Sequence record: MT446413.1
Source of the DNA: Escherichia virus TH42
Length of the DNA: 64,000 bases
Direction: 5' to 3' (one strand)
Part shown: in pieces, positions 27,034-36,590 of the stretch
Position numbering within the stretch: the first letter of the stretch is position 1
Layout: each line of letters starts with the position of its first letter
Made by a program: the position numbers and the translations under genes
The notes under the pieces: generated by a model
What the model was told of the DNA's origin: nothing
The model's input: the letters and a program-made list of their open reading frames with translations, nothing else
Databases searched by the model: none

Positions 27034-29667
27034 ATGATCGTTTATAACAACCAAGAACCTACTACAGTAAATAATGTAGGCCAATTTGGTGCAACAGAAG
27101 GCTCTATCGGAGCCTATAAACAAGCAGCTGAGTATGCTGCTGATTCTAAATATTGGGCACTTTTAGCTGAGTCTAAGTTTGGTACAGTTGATGATCTTAT
27201 TGCTGAAGTAGAGAAACTTTATAAGCAAGGTATTCTATTACAGCAAGATATTGAAGATCTGAAACAGGACTTTAAAGATCAAGATGCTCGACTGATGCAA
27301 CTGATTGCACAGACTAACGCAGCTGTTGCTAATGCTAACAACTCTATTGCTTTGATTAACCAAAAACTGATTGAAGTCGATCAGCAACTTGATATCCTGT
27401 TGGCTATGAAAGTTACAGTGACCACTCTTCCTCCGGGTTCTGAAGCTACTGGTTCTTTCAATAACCAAACTGGTGAAATCAAGCTAGGTATTCCTGAAGG
27501 TGAGCCGGGTCGTGATGGTTCTGTAACCGACTTAAACACTGCCCCAACGGGGGTTCCAGAAGCAGGGGATATTGGTTTTTATGTTGACCCTGATGACAAC
27601 AAAGTGTATAAAACCAGCCTCAGTAATATCGCTAACTTAATCCCTTCTGTTCGTTCTATCAAAGTTAATGATGGTCCAGAACAAACTGGAGATGTAGCCC
27701 TTACTCTTGATAAGAACGTTGTTGGCCTAGGTAACGTTCTGAACGTTGCTCAATATAGTCGTCAAGAGATTAATGACAAATTCGATAAACCTATTAAAAT
27801 ATATCAAACTAAAGCTGATGCTGATGCAAATGCTCAATATCGTCAAACAGGCGAATCTGTTATGGTTTGGGAAAACACTCAATATGTTTTCTACACCGTT
27901 TCAGCTAATAAAACACTAATTCCAGCTAAAACCGAAGGTCGTATTATTACAGTTAACTCACGATCTCCTGACTCATCTGGCAACATTGATATTACTATTC
28001 CTACAGGGAACCCTTCTTTGTATCTCGGTGAGATGGTTATGTTCCCATATGACCCAGCTAAGAATATCTCTTACCCCGGTGTACTACCTGCTGATGGTCG
28101 CTTGGTTTCTAAGGAAAGTGCTTTAGATTTAGGTCCATCTTTGGTCAGTGGCCAATTACCAGTAGTTAGTGAAACTGAATGGCAGTCCGGTGCTAAGCAG
28201 TATTTCTCTTGGGGTAAACTGGCTGATGGTTTTACTGATGCAGACTCTAGCAACTTCATCAGCATCCGACTTCCAGATTGGACTGGTGGGGAAGCTATTC
28301 GTGCTCCAGACGCTGACAAAGATTCTCAATATGACGGGTCTGTTCAATCTCAGAAACCTTATGTGGTTACTGTTAACAATCAAGCTCCTGATGAAGCTAC
28401 AGGTAATGTTACTATTTCTAGAACTACTCTAGGAGCTGCTTCTTCTGGTGCAAACTCAGACATAACCTCTATTACAGGACTTACGACTGCTCTCTCTGTT
28501 TCTCAGGGTGGTACAGGTGGTAAGACAGCAACCGAAGCCCGTGGAAATTTAGGGTTGGATAAGATTGATCAACAGGAATCTGAAACTAAGATTTTATCCC
28601 CTGACAAAAGTACTTACATGTTTGTAGATAATGCCGGCTGGGGTTGTTATAATAACACAACAGGAACAGTTGCACTTACTGTAGAACGTGGAGGCACTGG
28701 AGCTACTGATGCTGCTATCGCTAGAACAAATTTAGGCCTTGGCTCAATTTCTACCTTAAGCAACGTCCCTGTTGCTAGTGGTGGTACAGGTGCAACTAAT
28801 GCAGCTGGAGCAAGAACTAATCTTGGATTAGGGAACATCTCTACACTAAATAACGTCCCTGTTGCTAGTGGTGGTACAGGTGCAACTAATGCAGCTGGAG
28901 CAAGAACTAATCTTGGATTAGGCAACTCAGCCACAATGAACACTGGAACAAATAGTGATAACGTTCTTAAGGTAGGTGATTTTGGTATTGGGAGACCTGA
29001 TGGTGCTTTAGTTTTTGATACAACGTCCCAAGACGCCCTTCTTGCATCACTTGGCAACTACGGTCTTAGTGTCTTTAGAAATAACCAACAAATTCCAGCT
29101 CCTTGGGACATATGGAATTATTCCTCAAACCTTTTCTTTAAGGCAGGTGATACGTACAGTATGATAAGTATCCCATTTGAGAGTGCTGGCAAGATAAAAG
29201 TTTTTGGTGGTGCTGAGGGGCAGGGATGGAAAACTTCGAGGACGGTATACGATACCGTAAATACAACTGTTGACGTCAATGGTTTTATTAAAGCAGCGTC
29301 ACCAATAGTAAAAGTGTTTCATGATGGAAGTTTTGAAACAAATGAACAATCAGATGGAGTTAGTGTTAAAAGAATTTCAGCTGGAGTGTATTTAGTTTCA
29401 GGATGCCTAGGTCTCAATTCAGATGCAGGGTGGGGTGGGGTTAATGGTGGTTTTGAGATACCGTGTGATATTAACAAACAAGCGAAAGTATGGCTTGATT
29501 ACGAAGTGAAAGAAGATGGTTCTATTCTGGTAAAAACTTACCACAGAACACATCCTACTTCTCCCGTCTTTGCTCGTAATGAGATTGAAGGATATTCTGA
29601 TGGGGACCCTATTGACATACCGAAAGATACTTTCATCTCTGTTCGTATTGAAATGCCATCTAAGTAA
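27034..29667 (+). CDS. tail fibre/tail protein with internal tandem repeat (877 aa)
   Basis: Repeated peptide VPVASGGTGATNAAGARTNLGLG encoded by a 90-bp tandem duplication; own terminator. Confidence 0.6.
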   Translation: MIVYNNQEPTTVNNVGQFGATEGSIGAYKQAAEYAADSKYWALLAESKFGTVDDLIAEVEKLYKQGILLQQDIEDLKQDFKDQDARLMQLIAQTNAAVANANNSIALINQKLIEVDQQLDILLAMKVTVTTLPPGSEATGSFNNQTGEIKLGIPEGEPGRDGSVTDLNTAPTGVPEAGDIGFYVDPDDNKVYKTSLSNIANLIPSVRSIKVNDGPEQTGDVALTLDKNVVGLGNVLNVAQYSRQEINDKFDKPIKIYQTKADADANAQYRQTGESVMVWENTQYVFYTVSANKTLIPAKTEGRIITVNSRSPDSSGNIDITIPTGNPSLYLGEMVMFPYDPAKNISYPGVLPADGRLVSKESALDLGPSLVSGQLPVVSETEWQSGAKQYFSWGKLADGFTDADSSNFISIRLPDWTGGEAIRAPDADKDSQYDGSVQSQKPYVVTVNNQAPDEATGNVTISRTTLGAASSGANSDITSITGLTTALSVSQGGTGGKTATEARGNLGLDKIDQQESETKILSPDKSTYMFVDNAGWGCYNNTTGTVALTVERGGTGATDAAIARTNLGLGSISTLSNVPVASGGTGATNAAGARTNLGLGNISTLNNVPVASGGTGATNAAGARTNLGLGNSATMNTGTNSDNVLKVGDFGIGRPDGALVFDTTSQDALLASLGNYGLSVFRNNQQIPAPWDIWNYSSNLFFKAGDTYSMISIPFESAGKIKVFGGAEGQGWKTSRTVYDTVNTTVDVNGFIKAASPIVKVFHDGSFETNEQSDGVSVKRISAGVYLVSGCLGLNSDAGWGGVNGGFEIPCDINKQAKVWLDYEVKEDGSILVKTYHRTHPTSPVFARNEIEGYSDGDPIDIPKDTFISVRIEMPSK
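28741..28920 (+). repeat. 2 x 90-bp tandem direct repeat inside tail-fibre gene
   Basis: 69-nt core AACGTCCCTGTTGCTAGTGGTGGTACAGGTGCAACTAATGCAGCTGGAGCAAGAACTAATCTTGGATTA identical at 28762-28830 and 28852-28920. Confidence 0.85.
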
Positions 29668-29677
29668 AACTAAGAAT

Positions 29678-29700
29678 GCCCTCTCTTCAGAGGGCTTTAT
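29678..29700 (+). terminator. rho-independent terminator
   Basis: GCCCTCT-CTTC-AGAGGGC followed by TTTAT. Confidence 0.6.
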
Positions 29701-29712
29701 GGAGGATTATAA

Positions 29713-31890
29713 ATGTCTAGAGAGTTAATGCCCAAGTCTGGGATAATGATGCCTCATGTTGTAGTATCACGAGATGCTGCTGTTGTCGGTGTATCTACTG
29801 TTGATGGTGCCGCTGGCGCTATCGACCTAACTAATAAATATTTACAGAAGACTGCAGCTGAAAACACCTATATGACAAAAACTGAAGGTGCTACTAAGGT
29901 TTATGTTTCAGACTCTATTGCCCCTATTATGGAAGGTGCTCTGTTTAAATCTGATCCTTTTGTAGCTAATGATGTACCATTCCGTGCTGCTGGGGCTAAT
30001 GGTGTAGAGTCTGTCGATATGATTAAAGTTACACCAGAGAACACTATCAAAATCGGTAGCTACGCTTCTTCTGTTCAGGGTGTAGAAGTTCACACTGCTG
30101 GTCGTCTTCAGGTTGTGGATTTGAATGACGGTGGTGTAGAAACTAAATATCCTGTCTACTCAAAACGGTATCGTCCTGAGATTGATGAACTTCCTTTTGC
30201 AGCGATCGGTTCATATGTCAAGGATTCTAAAGGACGCACTATTGGTGTAACTCGTACTGGTATCAACTCTGATATAACTCAGATGACTCAGAAAGTAACC
30301 TTCACACAACCAGTAACTGTTGCAGATGCTGTAGGAGATTATGATGCAGTTACCTACCGTCAACTTAAGAATCAGGGTGGTGGTTCTGGTGGTCCTACCA
30401 TGAGTGGTATCTCCAACTTTGGTATTGGTGATTTCCATCTTCGTGATAGTCGTGCTTTCATTCCTGCATTCGAAGTTGTATCCGATGGTCAGCTACTGAA
30501 TCGTGCTGATTACCCTGATCTTTGGGCTTATGCCCAGCTGTTAACTCCTATCACAGATGCTGCTTGGTTGGCTGATGCACAGCAACGAGGTAAATATTCA
30601 ACTGGTGATGGTTCTACTACCTTCCGTGTTCCTGATAGGAATGGTGTTCAGAGTGGCTCTCTGAAAGAACTCTTTGCTCGTGGTGATGGTGGTAATAGTA
30701 GTAATAATGGAATGGCTTATGATGCGGCACTTCCTAACATCGTAGGTTACACTGCCCACACTCTTTTAACTGCTGCGAGTAATCAAGGACAGGTTGCTAC
30801 CGATGGAGCTTTTACCTCTACAACCTCAACCTCAGGTGTTTGGCCTTTGTCTGGCGGCGGCGGTCTTTATACCAACATTCAGCTTAACGCTAACAACAGT
30901 GATGCTACTTATGGTCGCTACGGAATCACAGCGAATGCTATCCCTCGTAACTTCATTGGTGTTTGGACTATCCGTGCTCATGGTGGGTTTGTAGCAGCTA
31001 ATACTTCTTGGGCTGTTATTAACAGTGATACCTCTCGACCTTCAGCTGGTTCAAAAGCGACTGGTGGTTCTATCTTATCTCAGTATAAAATAGGCTCTGA
31101 TGTAGAAGCTGAGACTTACTTGAAAACTGATGCTTATATCAACGGAACTTACTACGGAGTTATTGGTGTTATTAACAAAACCAAAGGAGTGACTTCTGAG
31201 CTAACCTTTGGTGATGATGGCATCCTAAACTCTAACAAATACAGAGCAAGGCAAGTCTCGGGTTTGAGTTGGAATAATACAGGAGTTGAGAAGGGTACTT
31301 ATGCAATTGAAGATGTTAACATAGGAACTAACTATAACTTCAACAGTATAATCAGTGCTGCACAATCTTCTAATTCTGGTTACAGAACTTCTACTCATAT
31401 CGGTCAAATTCATAATGACGGTGGCTCTTTTGCTCAATCCTGCTGGCATGTATCAGGAGATGAAACTAACCAATATGGTGTTCGTCTTGCCATCCAACCT
31501 AACTATGAAGATATTTATTACTACTTCTGGGCACCAGATGTTTCTCGAACCTACACTCTTCAGAAGAATGCTGTCTCTGATGAACGTCTTAAGCGTGACA
31601 TTTACGATCTTGATGCGTCTAGGCCTATTGAAATTTTGAAAGGTTTGACTTTCCGTTCCTTTGTCTATAAGGATGATGAAAAGCAGAGAACTCGTCGTGG
31701 TGTTATTGCACAGGAGGCAGAGAAGGTAGAACCTCTGTATGTTAAGACGATTAACTTCTATGACCCTGATGGTAGCAAGAAAGATCAGAAACAGCTGGAT
31801 ACAACTCCTATGCTTCTTGATACAATGGCGGTAGTTCAAGACCTCCTAAAACGTGTTGAAGAGTTAGAAGCTAAACTGGCTGCTAAGTAA
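29713..31890 (+). CDS. tail fibre/tailspike with C-terminal intramolecular chaperone domain
   Basis: 725 aa; C-terminal SDERLKRDIYDL...GLTFRSF...RRGVIAQE resembles the self-cleaving chaperone domain of endosialidase-type fibres (recalled, not searched). Confidence 0.6.
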   Translation: MSRELMPKSGIMMPHVVVSRDAAVVGVSTVDGAAGAIDLTNKYLQKTAAENTYMTKTEGATKVYVSDSIAPIMEGALFKSDPFVANDVPFRAAGANGVESVDMIKVTPENTIKIGSYASSVQGVEVHTAGRLQVVDLNDGGVETKYPVYSKRYRPEIDELPFAAIGSYVKDSKGRTIGVTRTGINSDITQMTQKVTFTQPVTVADAVGDYDAVTYRQLKNQGGGSGGPTMSGISNFGIGDFHLRDSRAFIPAFEVVSDGQLLNRADYPDLWAYAQLLTPITDAAWLADAQQRGKYSTGDGSTTFRVPDRNGVQSGSLKELFARGDGGNSSNNGMAYDAALPNIVGYTAHTLLTAASNQGQVATDGAFTSTTSTSGVWPLSGGGGLYTNIQLNANNSDATYGRYGITANAIPRNFIGVWTIRAHGGFVAANTSWAVINSDTSRPSAGSKATGGSILSQYKIGSDVEAETYLKTDAYINGTYYGVIGVINKTKGVTSELTFGDDGILNSNKYRARQVSGLSWNNTGVEKGTYAIEDVNIGTNYNFNSIISAAQSSNSGYRTSTHIGQIHNDGGSFAQSCWHVSGDETNQYGVRLAIQPNYEDIYYYFWAPDVSRTYTLQKNAVSDERLKRDIYDLDASRPIEILKGLTFRSFVYKDDEKQRTRRGVIAQEAEKVEPLYVKTINFYDPDGSKKDQKQLDTTPMLLDTMAVVQDLLKRVEELEAKLAAK

Positions 31891-31896
31891 AGGACT

Positions 31897-31914
31897 GCCC
31901 CTTCGGGGGCTTTT
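31897..31914 (+). terminator. rho-independent terminator
   Basis: GCCCC-TTCG-GGGGC followed by TTTT. Confidence 0.7.
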
Positions 31915-31983
31915 AGAAGTTAAATTAGTGAATAGGTAATGAAACTAATATATCTAAAAGGATAAACACATAGGAGAAAGAAG

Positions 31984-32202
31984 ATGAAATTAATGAAACA
32001 AATCACATATGGACTGGCTTGCTTAGGTACCGGTTTTGTAGTATCTACAGCAATCCCTGTTAGTGCTGTCAGCTCCCATTCAGTTATTGAAGCTCCAGTA
32101 GAAAAACTTAGCGCTGAATGTAAGCAAAGAACTATCCAGAATAATCTCGTAGTTATTTGTCCAGATGCCCAATCTTCAGCGTTGAGAAAAGTTCTACCTT
32201 GA
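31984..32202 (+). CDS. small membrane protein, holin candidate (72 aa)
   Basis: Strong RBS, one hydrophobic segment, immediately upstream of lysozyme gene. Confidence 0.35.
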   Translation: MKLMKQITYGLACLGTGFVVSTAIPVSAVSSHSVIEAPVEKLSAECKQRTIQNNLVVICPDAQSSALRKVLP

Positions 32203-32230
32203 TACAATAATAAAAATAGAGGAGGTCAAG

Positions 32231-32722
32231 ATGGACGCTATCGCATTGCCACCTGTACAGCATAATTTAAGTCCTGAGGGTTTGGAGTTCATTATGAAGC
32301 ATGAAGGTATGAGAACCCGTGCTTATCAAGACTCCGCTGGCATATGGACTATATGTGTCGGAGCAACGCGCGATATGAATGGGTATCCAGTCAGAAAAGG
32401 ATTAACGTATTCTATAGAGGATTGTTTGATATTACTAGATCGTGACACTCAAGACTCTGTTCGTGCTACTCAGAAAAATATAAGGGTTCCTTTGTTTACT
32501 AATGAGTTTGATGCTTTAACCTCTTTCAACTTTAATGTTGGTGGTACAGCTCTCGCTACTTCTAAACTAAGGAAAGTGATCAACGGAGATGTTAGAGGTG
32601 ATGTTTACTCTGAGTTTTTGCGTTGGGATAAAATAACAGTCAGAGGTGTAAAACAACAGAGTCCGGGACTTCACAACCGAAGGGTTGCAGAAGCAGACCT
32701 ATACACCACAGGTAAATACTAA
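32231..32722 (+). CDS. lysozyme (GH24, T4-lysozyme-like)
   Basis: HEGMRTRAYQDSAGIWTICVGAT matches the E...D...T catalytic-region pattern of lambda R / T4 e-type lysozymes. Confidence 0.8.
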   Translation: MDAIALPPVQHNLSPEGLEFIMKHEGMRTRAYQDSAGIWTICVGATRDMNGYPVRKGLTYSIEDCLILLDRDTQDSVRATQKNIRVPLFTNEFDALTSFNFNVGGTALATSKLRKVINGDVRGDVYSEFLRWDKITVRGVKQQSPGLHNRRVAEADLYTTGKY

Positions 32723-32734
32723 TGGAGGTGCCTT

Positions 32735-33538
32735 TTGGCTATTGAAACTACAGCGGTAGTAACTACCGATTTAAACCCCCTGTACCCTCGTGACAGGGAT
32801 TATATTTATGAAGGGGCGGCTCAACTCCGCCTTATCAAACAAGTCTTGATTAACACATTCCCTAACATCACTGAACCAGTGAACCTTTCTTCTGAATCCT
32901 TTAAGGCTTTGTCAGAGAAAATCACTTTTACTGGTGATGCTATGGATGTTGGTAATCTGATGATTAAAAACCTGACTCCGGGCACTGGTGATAAAGATGC
33001 TGTAACCAAAGGTCAGATGGAAGCTTTCATGTTGAATTGGATGCAGAATAAACTATATCGTATTGGTGCTTACTACATCACTGAAGAAGATATTAACCCC
33101 GGTGATTCTAGCTCTCTCGGCTTTGGCTCTTGGGCTAAAGTTACTGGTGTTGTTATGGGTACTGGTGTTGTCAACCCCGATGGGTCTGTTCCTAACGCCC
33201 AACGTGTTGAGTTCCAAGCAGGCGGTACAGGTGGTCGTGTGTTTAATACAGTTCGTACTGAGAATATGCCTCTAACTACAATCAATGGTTCTAGTTTCCA
33301 AGTTAGCTCCTACTCTCACGCACACAACATTACGATGGGCCGAGGGGATGCTAGTGGTCATAACAGCAGCCCTAACTGGTATAGTCCGGGTGGTGGTTAT
33401 ACTCAAGTAACTGACACAAACACTCACTCACACTCAATCTCAGGTTCTGTTAGTTTTGGTTATGATGACATTTCTCGTCAACCTATCAACACATTACCGC
33501 CATTCCGAGCAGCACATATTTGGAGACGTATTAGCTAA
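32735..33538 (+). CDS. putative tail protein (267 aa)
   Basis: TTG start 6 nt after GGAGG; located in tail module. Confidence 0.45.
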   Translation: MAIETTAVVTTDLNPLYPRDRDYIYEGAAQLRLIKQVLINTFPNITEPVNLSSESFKALSEKITFTGDAMDVGNLMIKNLTPGTGDKDAVTKGQMEAFMLNWMQNKLYRIGAYYITEEDINPGDSSSLGFGSWAKVTGVVMGTGVVNPDGSVPNAQRVEFQAGGTGGRVFNTVRTENMPLTTINGSSFQVSSYSHAHNITMGRGDASGHNSSPNWYSPGGGYTQVTDTNTHSHSISGSVSFGYDDISRQPINTLPPFRAAHIWRRIS

Positions 33539-33547
33539 GGAGGTAGC

Positions 33548-36500
33548 ATGGCTCTCTATCCAATTAAATCACTAGGCGCAGTTGGGGTTATCGCTGACCA
33601 AGCACCTACTGACTTAGCACCAAATGCTTTCACTAACGCTATTAATGCTCGGTTTGTTGAGCAGAGGGTCTTTAAGACGGGGGGCAATGCCCCTCTTTCT
33701 TATGTAGACGAAGATAAAGATCTGACTCCTCTCTCATTCCTTTCAATGCCTTTCGACTATTATAGCGCAGGTAATAGCTTTCTTGTGGTAGGTACAGATA
33801 AGAAACTGTATAAACTTACCGACGAGAGTTTAACTGATATCAGCCGTAAGGTTGCTACAGCGACAAAGAAAGCATCAGCGACAATTAAGATTTATCCAGT
33901 AGTCTCAAATATTGTTCCTAAAGAGACTTCTGTATCTATGAATTTTAACCAGACCAAGATTCTCGAAGTTGAAGTCACCCCTACAGATGCTCAAAATGCT
34001 AATCTAGTTTGGGAAGTAAGCAACTCTTCTTACGGCAGTATTGAAGTTGACCCTACTGACTCCAAGAAGGCTACCCTAACTTCTAAGTCTGTTGAAGGTA
34101 ATTTAGTTGTGACAGTGAGCACATCTGATGAATCTATCTCAGCTCAGATTGCAGTTAATATCATTGATGGTGATTCAGGTATCTATTTGAGCCAAGACAC
34201 TTTGACTATGCGTAAAGGTGGTACATCAACCCTTACAGCAATTACAGGCAAACCGTCTGTAACTTGGTCTTCCTCTAACCCATCGTTAGTTTCTGTTTCT
34301 CCTAATGCTAATACAAAGACAGTTGTTCTTACAGCTCTTGGAGAAGGACAGGTAACTATAACTGCTGATAATGAGACAAAGACTGCATCTTGTATAGTAA
34401 CAGCAATACCTCAAATTGATAGCATCACATTAAGTCAGACAGATATTCAAATGAGCCGTGGTACTCAGTACATCCTAACTGCAACAGTTAGTCCAGCTAA
34501 CGCACCCAACCAAACAATCACTTGGACTTCTTCTAATACCAACATTGCTACAGTAAGTGGTACAGGTACAGAAGCTACAATAACTGGATTGCTTGCAGGG
34601 TATACAGAGATTACAGCAGTTACAGCGGAAGGAGGTCGTTCAGCAGTTTGTACTGTACGTGTTGATTTATCTTCTCGTCTGGCAAGTAGGGCTATGTCAG
34701 CAATGACTATCACTACAGAAGCTCCTGTAGAAGAACCAATGGTTGGCTCAGAAGAGGTAACATACTTCGACACTGATAACATTGGTATTGATACGACAGG
34801 AATGGCAGAAGGGAATAACTTCTACGACTACTCTAACGTCATGGACTTGGAAGGTTTTGGTAGAGCAGCAATGCTTGCTAATGATCCACCTTTGACTGGA
34901 GTTACTCTTGATGTTATTGATGCCTCTCTTGATGTAGGTGAAGAGATTGTTATCACAGCTACAGCATCTCCTACTGGAAGCTATACTTACAAGTGGACAG
35001 TTGATAAGAGTGGTTATGTTTCTACTACTTCTACAACTGACTCAACTTTGAAACTTACTGCTATTCGTAAGGGTGAGGTTAAAGTGACTTGTACTGTAAG
35101 CCAGATGGTTCAGAAAGACTATGATGCGTTTGAAGATTATCCTTGGTATCATGCGATCATCTCTAACTGTGCAGTAGCAACTACTCACTACGAAACTCCT
35201 CAGGTTAAGGAATTCGATTCTGAATACTTCACTGATCTTCCGGGATGGGGTGAGCAGACGGTTGTTGATGCAGATGGTAATCCTTCTGTTAAGAAGTATA
35301 ACTGGAAATGTGAACGAGTGAGAGCTTTTAACAATAGACTGTTTGCTCTGAATATGAGAGAGTCTAATGCCTCTGGTGTTACTACTCACTACCCTCTTCG
35401 TTTGCGTTGGTCTAACTTTGCAGAGGAAAACAAAGCCCCTCAGCTTTGGGATGATTATGCATATGACCGAGCAGTGAGTTCTGACCTAGCAGCTAACATC
35501 GTAGGACAGACAGAAGCTCTTGAGAATGGTTATGCAGGATATATTGATTTGGCTGACTCTAATGGTAGTTTGTTAGATGTTCTTCCTCTGAAAGATTATC
35601 TGTTCGTTTACACTGAGTTTGAAACTTATATCGGCTCTCCTACCAACAACACCTATCAGCCTTTGATGTTTAAAAAGCTGTTTAACGATTCAGGAATACT
35701 TGCTCCTGAGTGTGTGGTGGAAGTTGAAGGTGGTCACTTTGTGGTAACTCAGAACGACGTCATTCTACACAATGGTGCTTCTAAGAAATCTATTGCTTCT
35801 AACCGAGTGAAGAACATGCTCATTAATGAGATTTGTCTGGTGAACCCAATTGCTACACGAGTTCATCTTCATCAGGATAAGAAAGAAGTATGGGTTCTTT
35901 ATGTAGGTCCGGGTGAGCCTAAGGAAAGTTTTGCCTGTACTAAAGCAGCAGTATGGAATTATGAGTTCGACACTTGGTCTTTCCGTACGATTCCTTATTC
36001 TTATTGTATCGGTCTTGTTGATCCTCCGGTTCTGGAACGCGGTCCTATCTGGGCTGATTTCCAAGAGATCACTTGGGATGACCCTTCGATTGACAAACTG
36101 GTGTGGAGAAAAGATGCAACTAACTTCCGTCAGCGAGTTACAATCATAGGTTCTTTCTTGAAAGGATTCTACCAAGTTGATATAGGAGCTTTGGATTATA
36201 TCTATGACAGAACAAACGATGTGGTTATAGAGAAGCCTCTGGAAATGAGACTAGAGAGAACGGGGATTGATTTTGATAACGTCACTAATGAATGGAATCA
36301 GAAACACATTAACCGATTTAGACCTCAAGTAACAGGAACGGGGACTTATACTTTTGAAGCAGGTGGTAGTCAATTCTCTAATGAGTATGGACACAACCAC
36401 TCTACTAAAGAGTTTAGGGTTGGTGTGGATCGTCACGTAGCAGTCAGACTGAACCATCCATACCTATTCTATAATGTTATAGATAATGATGTTAACAGTA

Positions 36501-36553
36501 ATGCGTCTATGAATGGTTTAACCATAGAGTTTGCTGTTGGCGGTCGAAGATAA
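33548..36553 (+). CDS. large tail/structural protein with Ig-like repeats (1001 aa)
   Basis: Several Thr/Ser/Val-rich beta-strand repeats in N-terminal third; own terminator. Confidence 0.6.
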   Translation: MALYPIKSLGAVGVIADQAPTDLAPNAFTNAINARFVEQRVFKTGGNAPLSYVDEDKDLTPLSFLSMPFDYYSAGNSFLVVGTDKKLYKLTDESLTDISRKVATATKKASATIKIYPVVSNIVPKETSVSMNFNQTKILEVEVTPTDAQNANLVWEVSNSSYGSIEVDPTDSKKATLTSKSVEGNLVVTVSTSDESISAQIAVNIIDGDSGIYLSQDTLTMRKGGTSTLTAITGKPSVTWSSSNPSLVSVSPNANTKTVVLTALGEGQVTITADNETKTASCIVTAIPQIDSITLSQTDIQMSRGTQYILTATVSPANAPNQTITWTSSNTNIATVSGTGTEATITGLLAGYTEITAVTAEGGRSAVCTVRVDLSSRLASRAMSAMTITTEAPVEEPMVGSEEVTYFDTDNIGIDTTGMAEGNNFYDYSNVMDLEGFGRAAMLANDPPLTGVTLDVIDASLDVGEEIVITATASPTGSYTYKWTVDKSGYVSTTSTTDSTLKLTAIRKGEVKVTCTVSQMVQKDYDAFEDYPWYHAIISNCAVATTHYETPQVKEFDSEYFTDLPGWGEQTVVDADGNPSVKKYNWKCERVRAFNNRLFALNMRESNASGVTTHYPLRLRWSNFAEENKAPQLWDDYAYDRAVSSDLAANIVGQTEALENGYAGYIDLADSNGSLLDVLPLKDYLFVYTEFETYIGSPTNNTYQPLMFKKLFNDSGILAPECVVEVEGGHFVVTQNDVILHNGASKKSIASNRVKNMLINEICLVNPIATRVHLHQDKKEVWVLYVGPGEPKESFACTKAAVWNYEFDTWSFRTIPYSYCIGLVDPPVLERGPIWADFQEITWDDPSIDKLVWRKDATNFRQRVTIIGSFLKGFYQVDIGALDYIYDRTNDVVIEKPLEMRLERTGIDFDNVTNEWNQKHINRFRPQVTGTGTYTFEAGGSQFSNEYGHNHSTKEFRVGVDRHVAVRLNHPYLFYNVIDNDVNSNASMNGLTIEFAVGGRR

Positions 36554-36559
36554 CAACTA

Positions 36560-36580
36560 GGGAGCTTCGGCTCCCTTTTA
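36560..36580 (+). terminator. rho-independent terminator
   Basis: GGGAGC-TTCG-GCTCCC followed by TTTTATTGTTT. Confidence 0.7.
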
Positions 36581-36590
36581 TTGTTTATAA

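Noticed and set aside
28647-29057. Minus-strand ORF inside the tail-fibre gene
   Set aside because: Antisense to a long, well-supported plus-strand gene; Pro/Ala/Val-rich translation mirrors the Gly/Thr/Ala repeats on the coding strand.
34465-36457. Minus-strand ORFs 34465..34782, 35042..35389, 35765..36175, 36251..36457
   Set aside because: All antisense within the 1001-aa structural gene 33548..36553.
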